Below, in pieces: positions 1-11,194 of a stretch of 64,000 nucleotides of DNA. Source of the stretch: Lama guanicoe (Eukaryota); contig MU053873.1 of NCBI GenBank assembly GCA_013239625.1, positions 2,184,524 through 2,248,523 of the forward strand, in the 5' to 3' direction. Both the position numbers and the translations under genes were made by a program. The notes below the pieces were generated by a model. It was not told the origin of the DNA. It saw only the letters and a program-made list of their open reading frames with translations, and ran no database searches. The stretch's first letter is position 1. Every line of letters starts with the position of its first letter.

Positions 1-9
1 AGCAGGACC

Positions 10-185
10 AGGGGCTGTGGAGTCCGGCAGACCTTGGAACCAGGTCTGGCAGGAGAAATACGTCTTTGCTACTCTGAGCCTCAGTTTTTCCATCTGCAAA
101 ATTGGAAATTCTAATCCCTGTTCTTGATTTCTCCCTCTTTTGTGAGATGCAAGTCCAAGAGGGCATGGAAACGTGCTGTAAGCTA
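10..185 (+). mobile_element. MIR SINE remnant
   Basis: MIR core-like ctctgagcctcagtttttccatctgcaaaattgg with flanking MIR-like head and tail. Confidence 0.75.
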
Positions 186-630
186 CCACATGCTGGAGGG
201 GGCATAAGGAGGTACCAGTGGCCGTGATGCACAACATATTACACTTATGTATAAATAGACTGAGGACAGCAATAGTCCCCTTGAATGTGCAAGACTATTA
301 CATAGACTGAGTAGCAACTAAGTACCTGTACTTCCGTTAATAATTTCTTCAGATGGTCCCAAACAAAAGGAAGAGAGTATGCTCATCTGGGTGATACTTC
401 TGAGCCTGCTCTAAGAGACAGTTCCTCAGATTCACAGCACCCCAAAATGTGATTCAGACTGTGATAACTCCGCAGGATTAAGGGAGGGGGGAGGATAAAG
501 AGAGGGTCCTAAAATCTTTTCATTATGGACTCAAATTTTATTTGTATTTATAATGAGTTATCAACCAGAAGAAAGCTGTCAATTTGTCGATGACAATGGG
601 TCCTTAAAGGGAACAGATAAGAACAGCTAA

Positions 631-1210
631 TAATTAGTACATAAATCAATTGCAAGTCAGTGTTTGGATTTGTGATTAGCATACAAGTAATTTGTTGTTT
701 GACATTTTTGAGATTAAGCGTCGGTGTAATTAGCACATAAATCATTTGCACATGAGTGCTCCTGAAGTGTCTGGTGTGTAATTAGATGTAAATCATTTGT
801 ATTTGGGGGTTTCTAAGGTATTTGGTGTGTCATTAGCACATAAATCATTTGTACATTAGTGTTTTTAAAGTGCTGTGTAATTAGCACATGGATTATCTGC
901 AAATATGCATTTCAAATTATTTGTTTGTTATTAGCATGCAAATCATTGGTGCATAGAATCTTCTAAATTATTTAGTGGTCAGTGAGTACGTATTTAATTT
1001 GTAAATAAGACATTCTAAAGTGTCTTTTGTAATTAGCACATACACCAGTTGTGTATATGTGTATGTTTGAGTTGCCTGATTTGTGATTAGTGCACAGATC
1101 ATTTTCTGAATGAGCTCTCTTAAGTGACTTATAGTTTGCATAGAAATCATTTATCAATGGGCGTTTCTAAGGCACTTGATTTATAATTGACATATACGCA
1201 ATTTGTAGAT
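631..1210. repeat. Degenerate tandem array, ~12 units of ~50 bp, core TAATTAGCACATAAATCATTTG
   Basis: Core anchors at 631, 673, 727, 779, 830, 878, 928, ~980, 1030, 1084, 1132, 1184 (spacing 42-54 bp). Confidence 0.85.
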
Positions 1211-1835
1211 GGGTCTTTAATAACTGCTTGAAAAAAGTTCTTCCTCTCTTAAGAGATACTCTTTTATCCTGTGTACATTTGCTTAGCAAGCATAATTGCA
1301 CTTGTAGAAAGAAAGATTTATCAGTTGCTGAGGTTTTCTCTCTTCTCACTCCAAGCTCAGAATGCACATCTTGCATCTCAAAACATTTCACAACACTGTG
1401 CTGTTGGCTTGTATGAGACCAAAAGCCTGGTGTCTCTCTAGAGATTCAGGTCAAATCTCAAAGTCTCTTTCAGTGAGGTGAAGGTGTCTCTTGTGTTCTA
1501 GGAGATCAGAAAGCACCGTCTGGACCTAACTGATAAGAGGGATTTGGCAAAAAATAATCAAATGGGAATCACTAATTTGTGAATAAATACAAACTTTATT
1601 CAAATAAGAAGCCCAGTGACTCCCCAAATAACTATGAAGGAAACAGGAAAGGGAATTAAATTTTTGGTCAGTTAGTGGATGCCAGGAACCGACCTAATCG
1701 TAGGGGAGAAATCTCACTTAGTTATAATAACCATCCCGACGGACACTCATTGCACCTCCAGCATGAATCAAAGCAACAGAAAGAAACATCCCAGAGTTTA
1801 AAAACTCTTGAGAATGTGTTTAAAAAGCACCCTCA

Positions 1836-1880
1836 CATATACTTATATACAACTGGTATATGTGCTAATTACAAAAGATA
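1836..1880 (-). repeat. Inverted copy of array segment 1021-1065
   Basis: Reverse complement of 1021-1065 matches 1836-1880 at 40/45 positions without gaps. Confidence 0.9.
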
Positions 1881-2059
1881 TGATAGATAAAATAATGAAA
1901 AGATGACCATGACTAGATAAATTCTGGCTTTGAATCCCAGAGGCAACTTACAAATCCTTTAAGAATCTAGACAGGAAAAATGAAACATTAAAAGAATCAT
2001 TTTATCTTTAAAAGACCATGATCTCTCCCCTGCAATAGTAAATTCTCCCAAAAAGGAAT

Positions 2060-2270
2060 ATTAAAAGGATAAAAGTTGTGGCCCAAGAATTTTATACCCA
2101 GCCAAACTGTTTTTAATGTTTGACAACAACAGAAGAAAACATTCTTATACATTTAAGGATTTGGAAAATCAAAACAGACTCTCATGTACTCTTCTTGAAA
2201 AAAAAATTCATTGCAGGAGTATCTTAGTCCACGAATGGATGAATCAAAATTCAGGACTCAAGAATGGCTA
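2060..2270 (+). mobile_element. Old L1/HAL1-type ORF1 remnant
   Basis: 2083-2115 translates to PRILYPAKLFL, close to the conserved L1 ORF1p C-terminal PRILYPAKLS motif; no intact ORF. Confidence 0.7.
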
Positions 2271-2964
2271 AATGATGATAAGAAAAGACTTGCACGTAAA
2301 CTATTTCTTAATTTGGACCCAGCAAGAGATTCTATCTGAATAATGGCGTGAACAGTAGGGTTTAGAGGTCGGTCCTGGGAAAGGGAGAGGAGAGATACAA
2401 TGGAGGGAGACTCTATGTGGCTGACTCTCTGCTGAGACAGGCACACGTAGGTAGGGATGCCCAGCCCAGCTGCATTCCTGAGGCTCGGTCCAAGCTCCGT
2501 GATGAACTTACATGACATTCCTTCCTCTTTCTATGCCCTAACTTTCTCCATCTAACAGAATGGTGGAAATGAACAAAATGTTCATTTAGGTTGTCTCTGG
2601 TCAGAAGAGACTCTCCCCCAGTATTCAGAAAGGCTTGAAGATTACACAGTGCCCAATCTTTGCCAAATCATTTATAGCAGGGTTTTCATTAACCAGCCTG
2701 TAGTATCTGCATCAGGAATGCCCTTGTGTGCTTAATACTTTCCCTTAAATAAATACATAAACTTATTTAATACACATATTTGCATAATACCTAATTTACA
2801 GCATTTTATTAAATGACTATTAAAATTAAATAATTTAAATATTTTATATAACAAACATCTTTATTTCAAGAACTTATTTATGTAAGCACTTTAAAAGGAA
2901 AACCCTCATCACCAGCCATAAATAGAAGGCAACCACAAATTTAAAAGCAATGAAAATATTACAT

Positions 2965-3193
2965 TTTGTTATTAATAAGATACACAGGGCTTTTTGTTTG
3001 TTGTTAGTTTGTATTTGTTTTATGTGTCTTTCTGTCTCTCTCTTTTTTTACATTTCAGCAACTTTGAAATTGGGATGTAACTTACAATGAACGATCTTTT
3101 ACAATTAATTGGATTGTTTTTCCTTTCTCAGAGGTATGTAAAAATCACAGTGCATCTTACAATCATGGCGCCTTCGAGTGAGTGAAATACAGT
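2965..3193. mobile_element. TcMar-Tigger-like MITE remnant (Tigger15a/MamRep434-like)
   Basis: tgaaattgggatgtaacttacaat ... gcatcttacaatcatggcgccttcgagtgagtgaaatacagt resembles this family's body and terminus. Confidence 0.5.
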
Positions 3194-4119
3194 CATTCTA
3201 GGCTATTACATGTAGCTGGTCAGAGAGCATGTCTTGCTGAAAGTTCTGTGTTTGAAAACTGCTTGTAGCTAAAAAGGAGAGATCAGCAAGCGCTCTAGAG
3301 GTGTTAAAAACAGAGTAGTCACGAGGGAGATCTTCCATATTATCAGAAAGATGGAAAGGGATTTGTGGAAGGTCTGTCTCATTCCTTGGGTCAGTACTAT
3401 TGAAATTTCGGTCCATCTGTGCCCTGAAAGCAGCTCTTTACACACCCAGTGGGGAGCAGTGATGTATAGGATTCTTAACCAAGCTCCCTCCCAACCATAG
3501 ACCTTAAAATAACAGTGCAAGGTCTAACTGGCTGTCGCCCAGCCTCACCGCCAAGCCAAATTTGTCCACAGACAAGCAGATCATCGCCAAGCCTGCAAGA
3601 GCAGAGTGTACTTGTGTACCTTCAAAATAAAACACAGTCAGGGCCCAATGACCTCTTTAACGGTGTCAGAGAAAAAGTCCAGGCTCAAGGTTTCCTGGGC
3701 GGTTGCTGGACGTGAACAGAGCACTGGATGGCTAAGTCCTGCTTCACCCCCTGCTCACCTGGACATTATCGGTAACTCTTAAAACACTTCCATTCTGCCT
3801 CAGCCCTAGCCAGCACTGGTGGGAACATTTGGACGGGGCGGGGGTGGTGGCGGGACACTCCTCGGGGTGTCAGAGAAGGTGTGAAGCCTCATGGCTTATT
3901 CTGGGGCCACAAAAGCAGAGCCTCAGAGAGTTACTTCTACTCGGGAAGCTGAGACATTTTTTTCTAAATACAAAACTGGCATTGAATGGCCTGAACCTCT
4001 GGGCTTTATTTGAATCGAGAAAGACAAATCAGTTGTCCAGTGGGAGATACTGGGTGACACCACAAGGCTAAGCCTTTTGCTTTCTGCCTGGGAGCCCCAG
4101 ACAATCCAGTGCTAATGCT

Positions 4120-4460
4120 ACTGTATCTATTTATCTATCATTACACAACATATATACATGTACTGAATATGTATTCAAATGAATCTATATTGAATACTTA
4201 AATACATATTGAATCTATATTTAATAATATAGATTGAAGAATTGAATATAAATGGAATATTGAATAAAAATAGAATTACATTCAATAAAATATACTGAAT
4301 AAAACTGAATATATAGTCAATATTACATACTGACTAGAAACTGAATACATAGAATAACTGAATATATTCCATGTAAACATTTATACATAGAGATGGAATA
4401 TATAAATACCTATATTGAATTATTCAATCCTAAATTCATATCATAATGATGTATACTATA
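4120..4460. repeat. AT-rich degenerate simple repeat built from TGAATA/TTGAAT units
   Basis: Many copies of (a/t)tgaat(a/c) in very AT-rich sequence. Confidence 0.75.
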
Positions 4461-4479
4461 CAACATAATCACAAACATG

Positions 4480-4840
4480 AAAAGATCGTGGAAAGTTAAA
4501 AAACATCCCACAAAGTTAACAGAAATGATCTCTGTTTGGTTGGATACTCATCAATTATTTCGACTCCACACTTCACTCTTTTTCCCAAATATTCGACCAT
4601 GAATGTTTATTGATTTTTGGAATCAGAAAAAAAAAAAGGCAAACATAGAAATTTACAATATTTACATACCTATCAATCTTAAAGTTTTTGTTTTGTTTTT
4701 TAAAGCTCAGCAACCAAGGGCTGGTTATTTCTGGATAACAAGTCTTGGGTGATTTTTATATTTTTTCCACTTTTTAATATATTAAAAATTTTTTCTAAAA
4801 CGACCATGGATTCATTTTGTAATGGCAATAATAAAATTAT
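4480..4840 (+). mobile_element. Two old L1ME-type 3' end remnants in tandem
   Basis: Two segments (4480-4640, 4700-4840), each ending ...gaccatg(a/g)at...tttt(g)...aat followed by an A-rich tail. Confidence 0.5.
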
Positions 4841-5974
4841 TTTAAAACAAAACAAGAACAATTGGAATCAGCTTACTTGAAAGCACCCCACCCCAGACGT
4901 CTCAGTTATACGAACAGGTTATACGTAACACGAAATATACAAATGCACTTGTACACACATACACACACATATATGTTTATTAATTTAGTTTGAATTGAAT
5001 TGGATAGTTTACAACAGAAAGAGACCTAATGAACACACTTTTGGAGCCCAGATTGAACTTTAATTTATTCCAAACTCATTGTTCATCCTTAGGCTCCTTA
5101 ATGCAAGTCATTTTTAATGGTTTTGCTTCCAAACCGGTTCTCTAAGAAAACAGCCCCAGCAGCTGGACAGAGCGCATGCAGCCTGGAGTGAGTCTGGGAG
5201 GAGAGCCCTCCAGGTTAAGCTCCCAGCTGCAGGGGGAAGTGGGCTGAGCGTGATTTCTGAATAAGCCTCGACAAAGCCTAACCGAGCATCCCTGCTTTAT
5301 TCCGCCTCCTTAGCGCTGACCTCTGGCCCCTCACCCGGCGCTCCACCACACGCTCAAACCCAGTTTGTCCAAATAAAACCCGACTGTCTGCAAGTCCAGG
5401 TGAAAGAGACATAGCAGAATACATCTTTAAAGCCAAAAGTTATATACACACACACATATATTATCGGAATGCTGTTCTTGCTTCGTGAGCCTCAATTGAA
5501 AAAGAAGAGAGAGGAGATTTTGAGGGGACTGATTCTCTGGCTTTGTGGCCTGAGGTAAATGCCTTGCCTTCCTGGAGCCTTTCAAACGGGTCACGAGGAC
5601 CTACAGCTGTTCCCTCCCAGCACTGGCATTTTTGATTATTTGTAAGAAATGAGGGGACCCACGTAGCAGCTAAATAGTCCCGCATTTGTTCACTCACCTC
5701 ATCCTACCATTTCATTCATTCATTCATTCTGGCCCTTCCGTGAACTGGCCACGTCGTGAGGTAACAGGGCATGTCTCATCAGACAGATTTGCATTCAAAT
5801 CGCTGTTCTGTGACCTTCGACAGCTCTTTCCAAGTCCTGGAATCTAGGTTGCCTGCTCTCCAAGTGATGATCCCTGCCGAGGGCAGACTGGAGGGCCTGG
5901 TACCAAATAAATGCCTAGAGGGTACCCATTTCAGAGCCCCTCTTCACGTTCTCTCCTTTATCAAAACTTGATCA

Positions 5975-7225
5975 TATGAGGACTTTTGCATCCAGCCAAG
6001 ATGGAGTAACAGGGCCCTGGATTTACCCTCCCATCTGAACACAAAATGAAAAACACAGCTATAAAGAGAGTCTAACCTTTAAAAATTGTGAATCACTATA
6101 TTGTCCACCTGTAAGTTACATAATATTGTACATCAACTAAACTTCAATTTTAAAAAAGATAGAAAAAAACACATAAAGTAAAAGTACAAGCCAAAAGAAT
6201 TTAAAAAAACATATATGAAACAATGGTTTTCAAGATATTGGACATCAGGCAACAAGGAACAGGGATCCTGGAGAGATGGCAAAGCAATGAGGAGAGCCCT
6301 GTGGTGACTCCAGCTTCTGACACAGAGAGGAGGGGACCAGACAGATCAGGTGCTCTTGAGTTGAAGAGATGGAGCTGGGTGTCCAGGGAGGCCAAGAGAG
6401 CTACAATTTGCAGAGCAAAGTACCAGAGAAGAGAGGAACCCACATAAAAAGAGCTCCGGAGATTGGCAGAGGGTTATCCTCAAGTCGTTGGCAGAGTATC
6501 TACCAGCACATGCTTGTAAGGAAATGACTCGAGGCCGGGAGAATACTACCCGAAAGGAGTAACAGAACAATATCCAGGGGCATCCCCCGTCCTCTCAGAT
6601 GGGACCCTCAGAAGGGCCTCTGTCATGGGCAATAATTAGTCTTAGACCAAACTCTTTTCTGGTCCTACCTGACAAAGCTTAAGAGCAAGACCTGAAAGAA
6701 TGAAACTGTTTCCCAGTAACTTAATGGCATCCAGGAACAAGGCTCAAACATATTTATAGAAATGCAAAAATATCCAGCAACTGAAAGGGTATAAAATTCA
6801 TAATCGCTGGCATGAGATCGAAATGTTAGCAGGCATGCAGAGAAGCAGGAACACACAGCCCATGATGAGGAGAAACAGCAACCAACTGAAAATGACCCAA
6901 AAGTAACAAGAACATTGAAAGAGCTTTTATAATTATATTTTATATGTTCAATAACCTGGAGGAAAAGATTGAGCACATTAAGTGGAGACATGGAAGATAT
7001 AAAAATGAATTCCAGAAGTGAAGACTAAAATGTCTGGGATGAAAAATATACCGATTGGCATTAACAGCAGTTTAGACCTTGCAGGAGAAAAGATTAGTGA
7101 ACTTGAAGCCATACAGATAGAAACTACTGAAGCCACACGGAGAAAAAGAGAATTTAAACACTGAGCAGAGCATCAGTGAGCTGTGGGAAAATGTCAAGCA
7201 GCCTAATATGCATGTAATTATTCCT
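5975..7225 (+). mobile_element. Old L1 (L1MC/L1MD-type) 5' UTR and degenerate ORF1 start
   Basis: Starts ...ccagccaagatggagtaacaggg...; later aaaagattagtgaacttgaag and gagcatcagtgagctgtggga...cctaatatgcatgtaatt, typical of L1M ORF1. Confidence 0.8.
6058..6164 (+). mobile_element. Short L1 3'-end insertion nested in the older L1
   Basis: tgtgaatcactatattgtccacctgtaag...ttgtacatcaactaaacttcaatt plus A tail; candidate TSD AAAAACACA at 6049-6057 and 6165-6173. Confidence 0.7.
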
Positions 7226-7399
7226 GACGCAGGGAGGCAGCCCCCTCCATTCTTTGGGAAGAGATCTCTTCTCTCCTGTGTCTGAGTCAGGGACCTGGCG
7301 AAGCATGGCAGGTGGCAGGTGTTTGGTTGTTATAAGCAAGAAATTAGAAAGTATATGGGCAGTGCTTGTAGCCGGCATTCTGTAAAGAGCTATCTCTGA

Positions 7400-7493
7400 G
7401 CACCCTAGAACCATGAGCAATACAAGCTTATCACCATGCACTACTGTAGTTGTTTGTTACGCGGCATTATTACATCAATAGATAACTGATACA
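7400..7493 (+). mobile_element. MLT1-family (MaLR) LTR 3' end fragment
   Basis: Ends gtttgttacgcggcattatt...aatagataactgataca. Confidence 0.6.
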
Positions 7494-7937
7494 CCAGGTA
7501 TGACAATGAATCACTTTGTCTAGAATCTCACGGTTCTACCAATAGTAGGTGCTTTGGACATACTCTCAGTTGGTATGGACATTTGTAAAAATTCTGACTC
7601 TGCTTATCAACTGGGGGACTTTCCACTGCTTCTAGCATGAGGCAGAGCTTAGAGTACAATTTTAAAGGGGAGAAGAGGTCAGAGGCTCTTGGAGGGACAC
7701 AAAGTGACAAATGATTTCAAGCCCATGAGCACTGAATTGTGTTCTAAAGACACTCCCATCCAGACTTACCTTGCACAGTCTGGGATTTCTGATGAGAGAA
7801 AGTGGAGAAAGTCACCTACAGAGGCAAGTGTTAACCTTGAAACAAACTTGCCTGGGAATGGACCGTGAGAGTTACCGGCGTGAAAGACACGGCATAACAA
7901 AGAGGGTGGATTCACTGACCACAGTTTTGCAAAAAGC

Positions 7938-8070
7938 TGCAGTGATGTGGTAAAGTGTACAGGTTCTGAGATTTAAAAATCTGTGTGAATCCCAGGTCTA
8001 CTGATTTCCAGCAAGGTTTAAGGGCTGCCCTTCCTTTTCTTGTTGAACAGTGGGGATTGCAGCATTCAGC
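7938..8070 (+). mobile_element. MIR remnant
   Basis: gtggtaaagtgtacaggttctgag...tgaatcccaggtctact resembles the MIR head. Confidence 0.5.
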
Positions 8071-8299
8071 CCCAACCTGGGTTTCAGTTCCTGGGATTCT
8101 CGCCTCTGCACCCACTGGCTTGCTGGGCTCCCTGGCAAACCTCTTCCTGGTGAGGGGCTCCGTTTGCTTCATGTTCCCTTGGAGCAAGACCCCAGATTGG
8201 TCCACTCTGGCTCGTGGATGAGACTCCGAGGGATCAGACAGAGAAATCAGCTTTGGGGGAAGCTGAACGCTCTCCATTAGTCAAAAACAAAACATTCAT

Positions 8300-8497
8300 A
8301 GTATGAGCTACCATTACGTGAGCACTTACTTGGATCATCACAGCGGCTGCTATGGTGGAGATACTGCCGGTACCACTCCCGTTCTCCAGGTGAGGAGTTT
8401 GAGCCTTGGAGAGGTTGAGTCACCTGCCCAAGGTCATACAGTCTGTAATGGGACTCAGGTCTGTCCATTCTAAGTCTGAGCGCTTTTAGCCACTACT
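8300..8497 (-). mobile_element. MIR SINE
   Basis: ggagaggttgagtcacctgcccaaggtcatacag, antisense MIR core. Confidence 0.8.
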
Positions 8498-8684
8498 TAC
8501 ACCGACATAGGAAAGACTGAGTAAGGAATGTGGCTGCTCTTGGGGTAAGTCCCTCCCAAGCAAATCTCATCCAGAGCTTGGCAATCAGGTAGGGCGTGCT
8601 CATGCTCACACACAACTTAGTTCTCTCCCTTCCAGGCTCCTTCCTCTCCTTTCCAGAAGCCCTGGACCTTGAGATTGCCTCTGG

Positions 8685-9130
8685 GAGCAGTCAGGAGAGA
8701 CTGAGCTATGGTGTAGTAACAAAATAACCCCCAGATCGCAGTGGATCAAGACAGACGTTTGTCACTTATATAGATGTTCCCCATGGGTTGGCTGAGGCAG
8801 TGATCAGGGCTGTCCTCACTCAGAGGCAGGACCAGTTATGAAATTTTCAGGGCTCAGTGCAAAATGAAAATTCAGGACCCCGCCTTTTTGGAAAATTACT
8901 AAGAATTTGAGGATGGCAATAATAGAGCATTAAGCCAAGTGCGGGGTCCTTCTAAGTGTGGAATCCCAGGTGTCTGTGCAGGTCACATGCAGGTGAGGCT
9001 GGACCTGCTCAGGGATCACGACTGGGACTTCACTGGCATCATAACAGAGGATACGGGGCCCCAGCAAATCCCATACTGCCCTGAAAACTCCAACCGGAAG
9101 TGATGTGTGTCACCTCCACTGGCTTTGGCC
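8685..9130 (-). mobile_element. MLT1K/L-like LTR remnant interrupted by MER45A
   Basis: cagtcaggagagactgagctatggtgtagtaacaaa start and ggaagtgatgtgtgtcacctccact later. Confidence 0.6.
8827..9007. mobile_element. MER45A-like hAT-Tip100 MITE, near full length
   Basis: Termini caggacc...ggacctg; internal cagtgcaaaatgaaaatt and agagcattaagccaagtgcggggtccttct; imperfect 8-bp TSD ctcagagg/ctcaggga. Confidence 0.85.
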
Positions 9131-9514
9131 ACCCTCTGTACTTCTGTTCCTCTGAAAGGAGAAGAGATGCCCACCCCCCCCCCACCTCATGCCTCTTCCT
9201 GCTGTTATGTCCCTCCATCCGCAGGCCGTCTCCCCAGATCCTGAGACATTAGGTCGCAGCAGGAGACACCGCTGCCCATCCTTCCCAAAGAATGCACCCA
9301 CCCCCAGTGCCCCTGCGCCCGCTCAGAAACACCCTTCCATGCCATTGCTCCCACTCTTGACCGGGTGTCTTCATTGCAGTCTGGGTGGTCACCACGCCCT
9401 CCAGTCCTAACTGCTCTTCATACTTGAGTCTTGCCCTCAACATGTAGTTTCCAGACTATTAGCAGAAGGCTCTTTACAAAGGGCCACTGTTCTGTTTGAA
9501 ACCCCCTAACACCT

Positions 9515-9827
9515 GCCTTTTGTGGATTGAATTTTGTCCCAAAAGATAACGTGGAAGCCCTTAACTCTGGTCCCTGGACTGCAACCTCATTTGGAAACAT
9601 GGTCTTGGAAGATGTAATTAAGATGTATGTTATGATGAGGTCACGCAGGAGCAAGGGGGTCCTTCCACCCAACATGACTGATGTCCTTACAAGAAGAAGA
9701 GAAGGGACACAGTTACACATGCAGGGAGAGAGGACACCCTGTGATGACAGAGACAGAGGCTGGAGTGATGTGTCTACAGGCTAAGGAACACCAAGTGTTC
9801 CTGGCAACACCAGAAGCTGGCAGAGGT
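9515..9827 (+). mobile_element. MLT1C-like LTR, 5' portion
   Basis: ggattgaattttgtcccaaaagat..., gatgtccttacaagaagaagaga, ggaacaccaag...caccagaagctgg. Confidence 0.8.
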
Positions 9828-10208
9828 ATGTCACCCCTGTGATTATGGTGCGTAAGCCCATGATGTCCATCTCACTGAGACAGTCTCTCCCTTGCTGGCT
9901 TTGGTGAAGCAAGTGATCATGTTGTAGGCTGTCCTATGGAGAGACCCAGACAGCAGGGAACTGAGGACAGCCTCCAGCCAATAGCCAGCAGGAAACTGGA
10001 GCCATTCACTCCCCAGCCTTGAAGGAACAAGATTCTGCTAACAAGTAGGTGAGTCTGGAGGAAGGTTCTTCCCCATTTGAGCCTCGAGACACCTTAACTG
10101 CAGCCTTACGATAGATCCTGAAACAGAGGACCCAGCCAAGCTGTCCCTGGACACCTGACCCACAGTAACTGTGAGATACTTGTTACGAGGCAGTAGCTAG
10201 CTAGTACA
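9828..10208 (+). mobile_element. MLT1F/E-like LTR, 3' portion
   Basis: cttgctggctttggtgaagcaag, ggaactgaggacagcctccagccaatagccagcagg, acccagccaagctgtccctggac...gctagtaca. Confidence 0.75.
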
Positions 10209-10209
10209 G

Positions 10210-10312
10210 GAAATGATCTATTCTGTCTTGTTTGCTGTTCCTGCTCAGAGCCCCTAGCACAGCATCTCCCTGGTTGTAGGTGCTTAGTGGACACCTGTTG
10301 GCTGATCAAATG
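10210..10312 (+). mobile_element. L2 3' end
   Basis: cccctagcacag...gtaggtgcttagt...tgttggctga. Confidence 0.6.
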
Positions 10313-11194
10313 CACAGTGCTCATCCCTGGACCTGTAGCTCATTGCCAAGGGGTGTGTGTGTGCATGTGTGTGTGCGTAAATATGAATTAGACTTTCCAG
10401 TCTACATGAAAAAAATCAGAGCTAGCTTCAAGGCTGCTTTTTAGTCATAATTTCTTGGCCTTCATTTTTTATTTATTTTCTAGCACCTGTAAAGTGATGG
10501 GTTGAATCAGACCGTTTCTAAGGTCTCTTACAGTGTCACTTTTTATTTTAGTCTTTGAAGGAGGGTCATGGAAATGGGTAGTTTTCCATATATTAATTTC
10601 CCTTTTTGGCTGGCTTCAAAAAAAAATAAGATTGTTTAACTTATTATAATTAAGAGAAGGAGAGAGAGAGAGGAGCCAAGCAGGACGACTTGGCTGAAGT
10701 CTAGCAGGGTGCTTATTTAATATTATGAGAAGGGTGAACAATTAGGGCATCTTCTCCTTGTATCTGCAGACTCCATCTCGGAGACTAATAGATATTTACT
10801 TAGTCTTGTCGGTCATGCTGTGTTTAATATTTATCCATCACTGGAAGCTGCCGCATGTTAAATGTCAGCCTCTTGATTTCGACAGCTCGGCGCAGCCGGG
10901 ATTTCACAAACAGCCCCAGAGGCCCCTGGCCTCGAATCTGCCCGCTTCCTGGAGAAGCCATGCCCTGTGTCTGTGCAGAGCCCAGCATTGGCCACTTGGT
11001 GGGTCCCCCCCAGCCCTGAAGGGTATGACCTAAGGTGCCTCCAGCCAGGTATTCTGTCGGGGGGTGTTGGTCAATGCCAAGGGCAGCGAAGGTGGGAAAG
11101 CAGGAGAGACCTCCCTTCAGTGGCTGCCATATGCACTGGGGACCATGCCAGCTTCTGTGATCCACTCTCTCATTAAATCCTCAGCACAGATGTG

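Noticed and set aside
255..311. ATAGACTGAG direct repeat at 255 and 302 (47-bp spacing)
   Set aside because: Only two short copies with no similarity to the downstream array core; probably a small local duplication
631..1210. CRISPR-like repeat-spacer reading of the array
   Set aside because: Repeats are degenerate, linkers resemble each other, there are no cas genes, and the context is mammalian
2060..2270. Functional L1 ORF1 or domesticated gene
   Set aside because: Only an 11-residue motif survives; no long open frame
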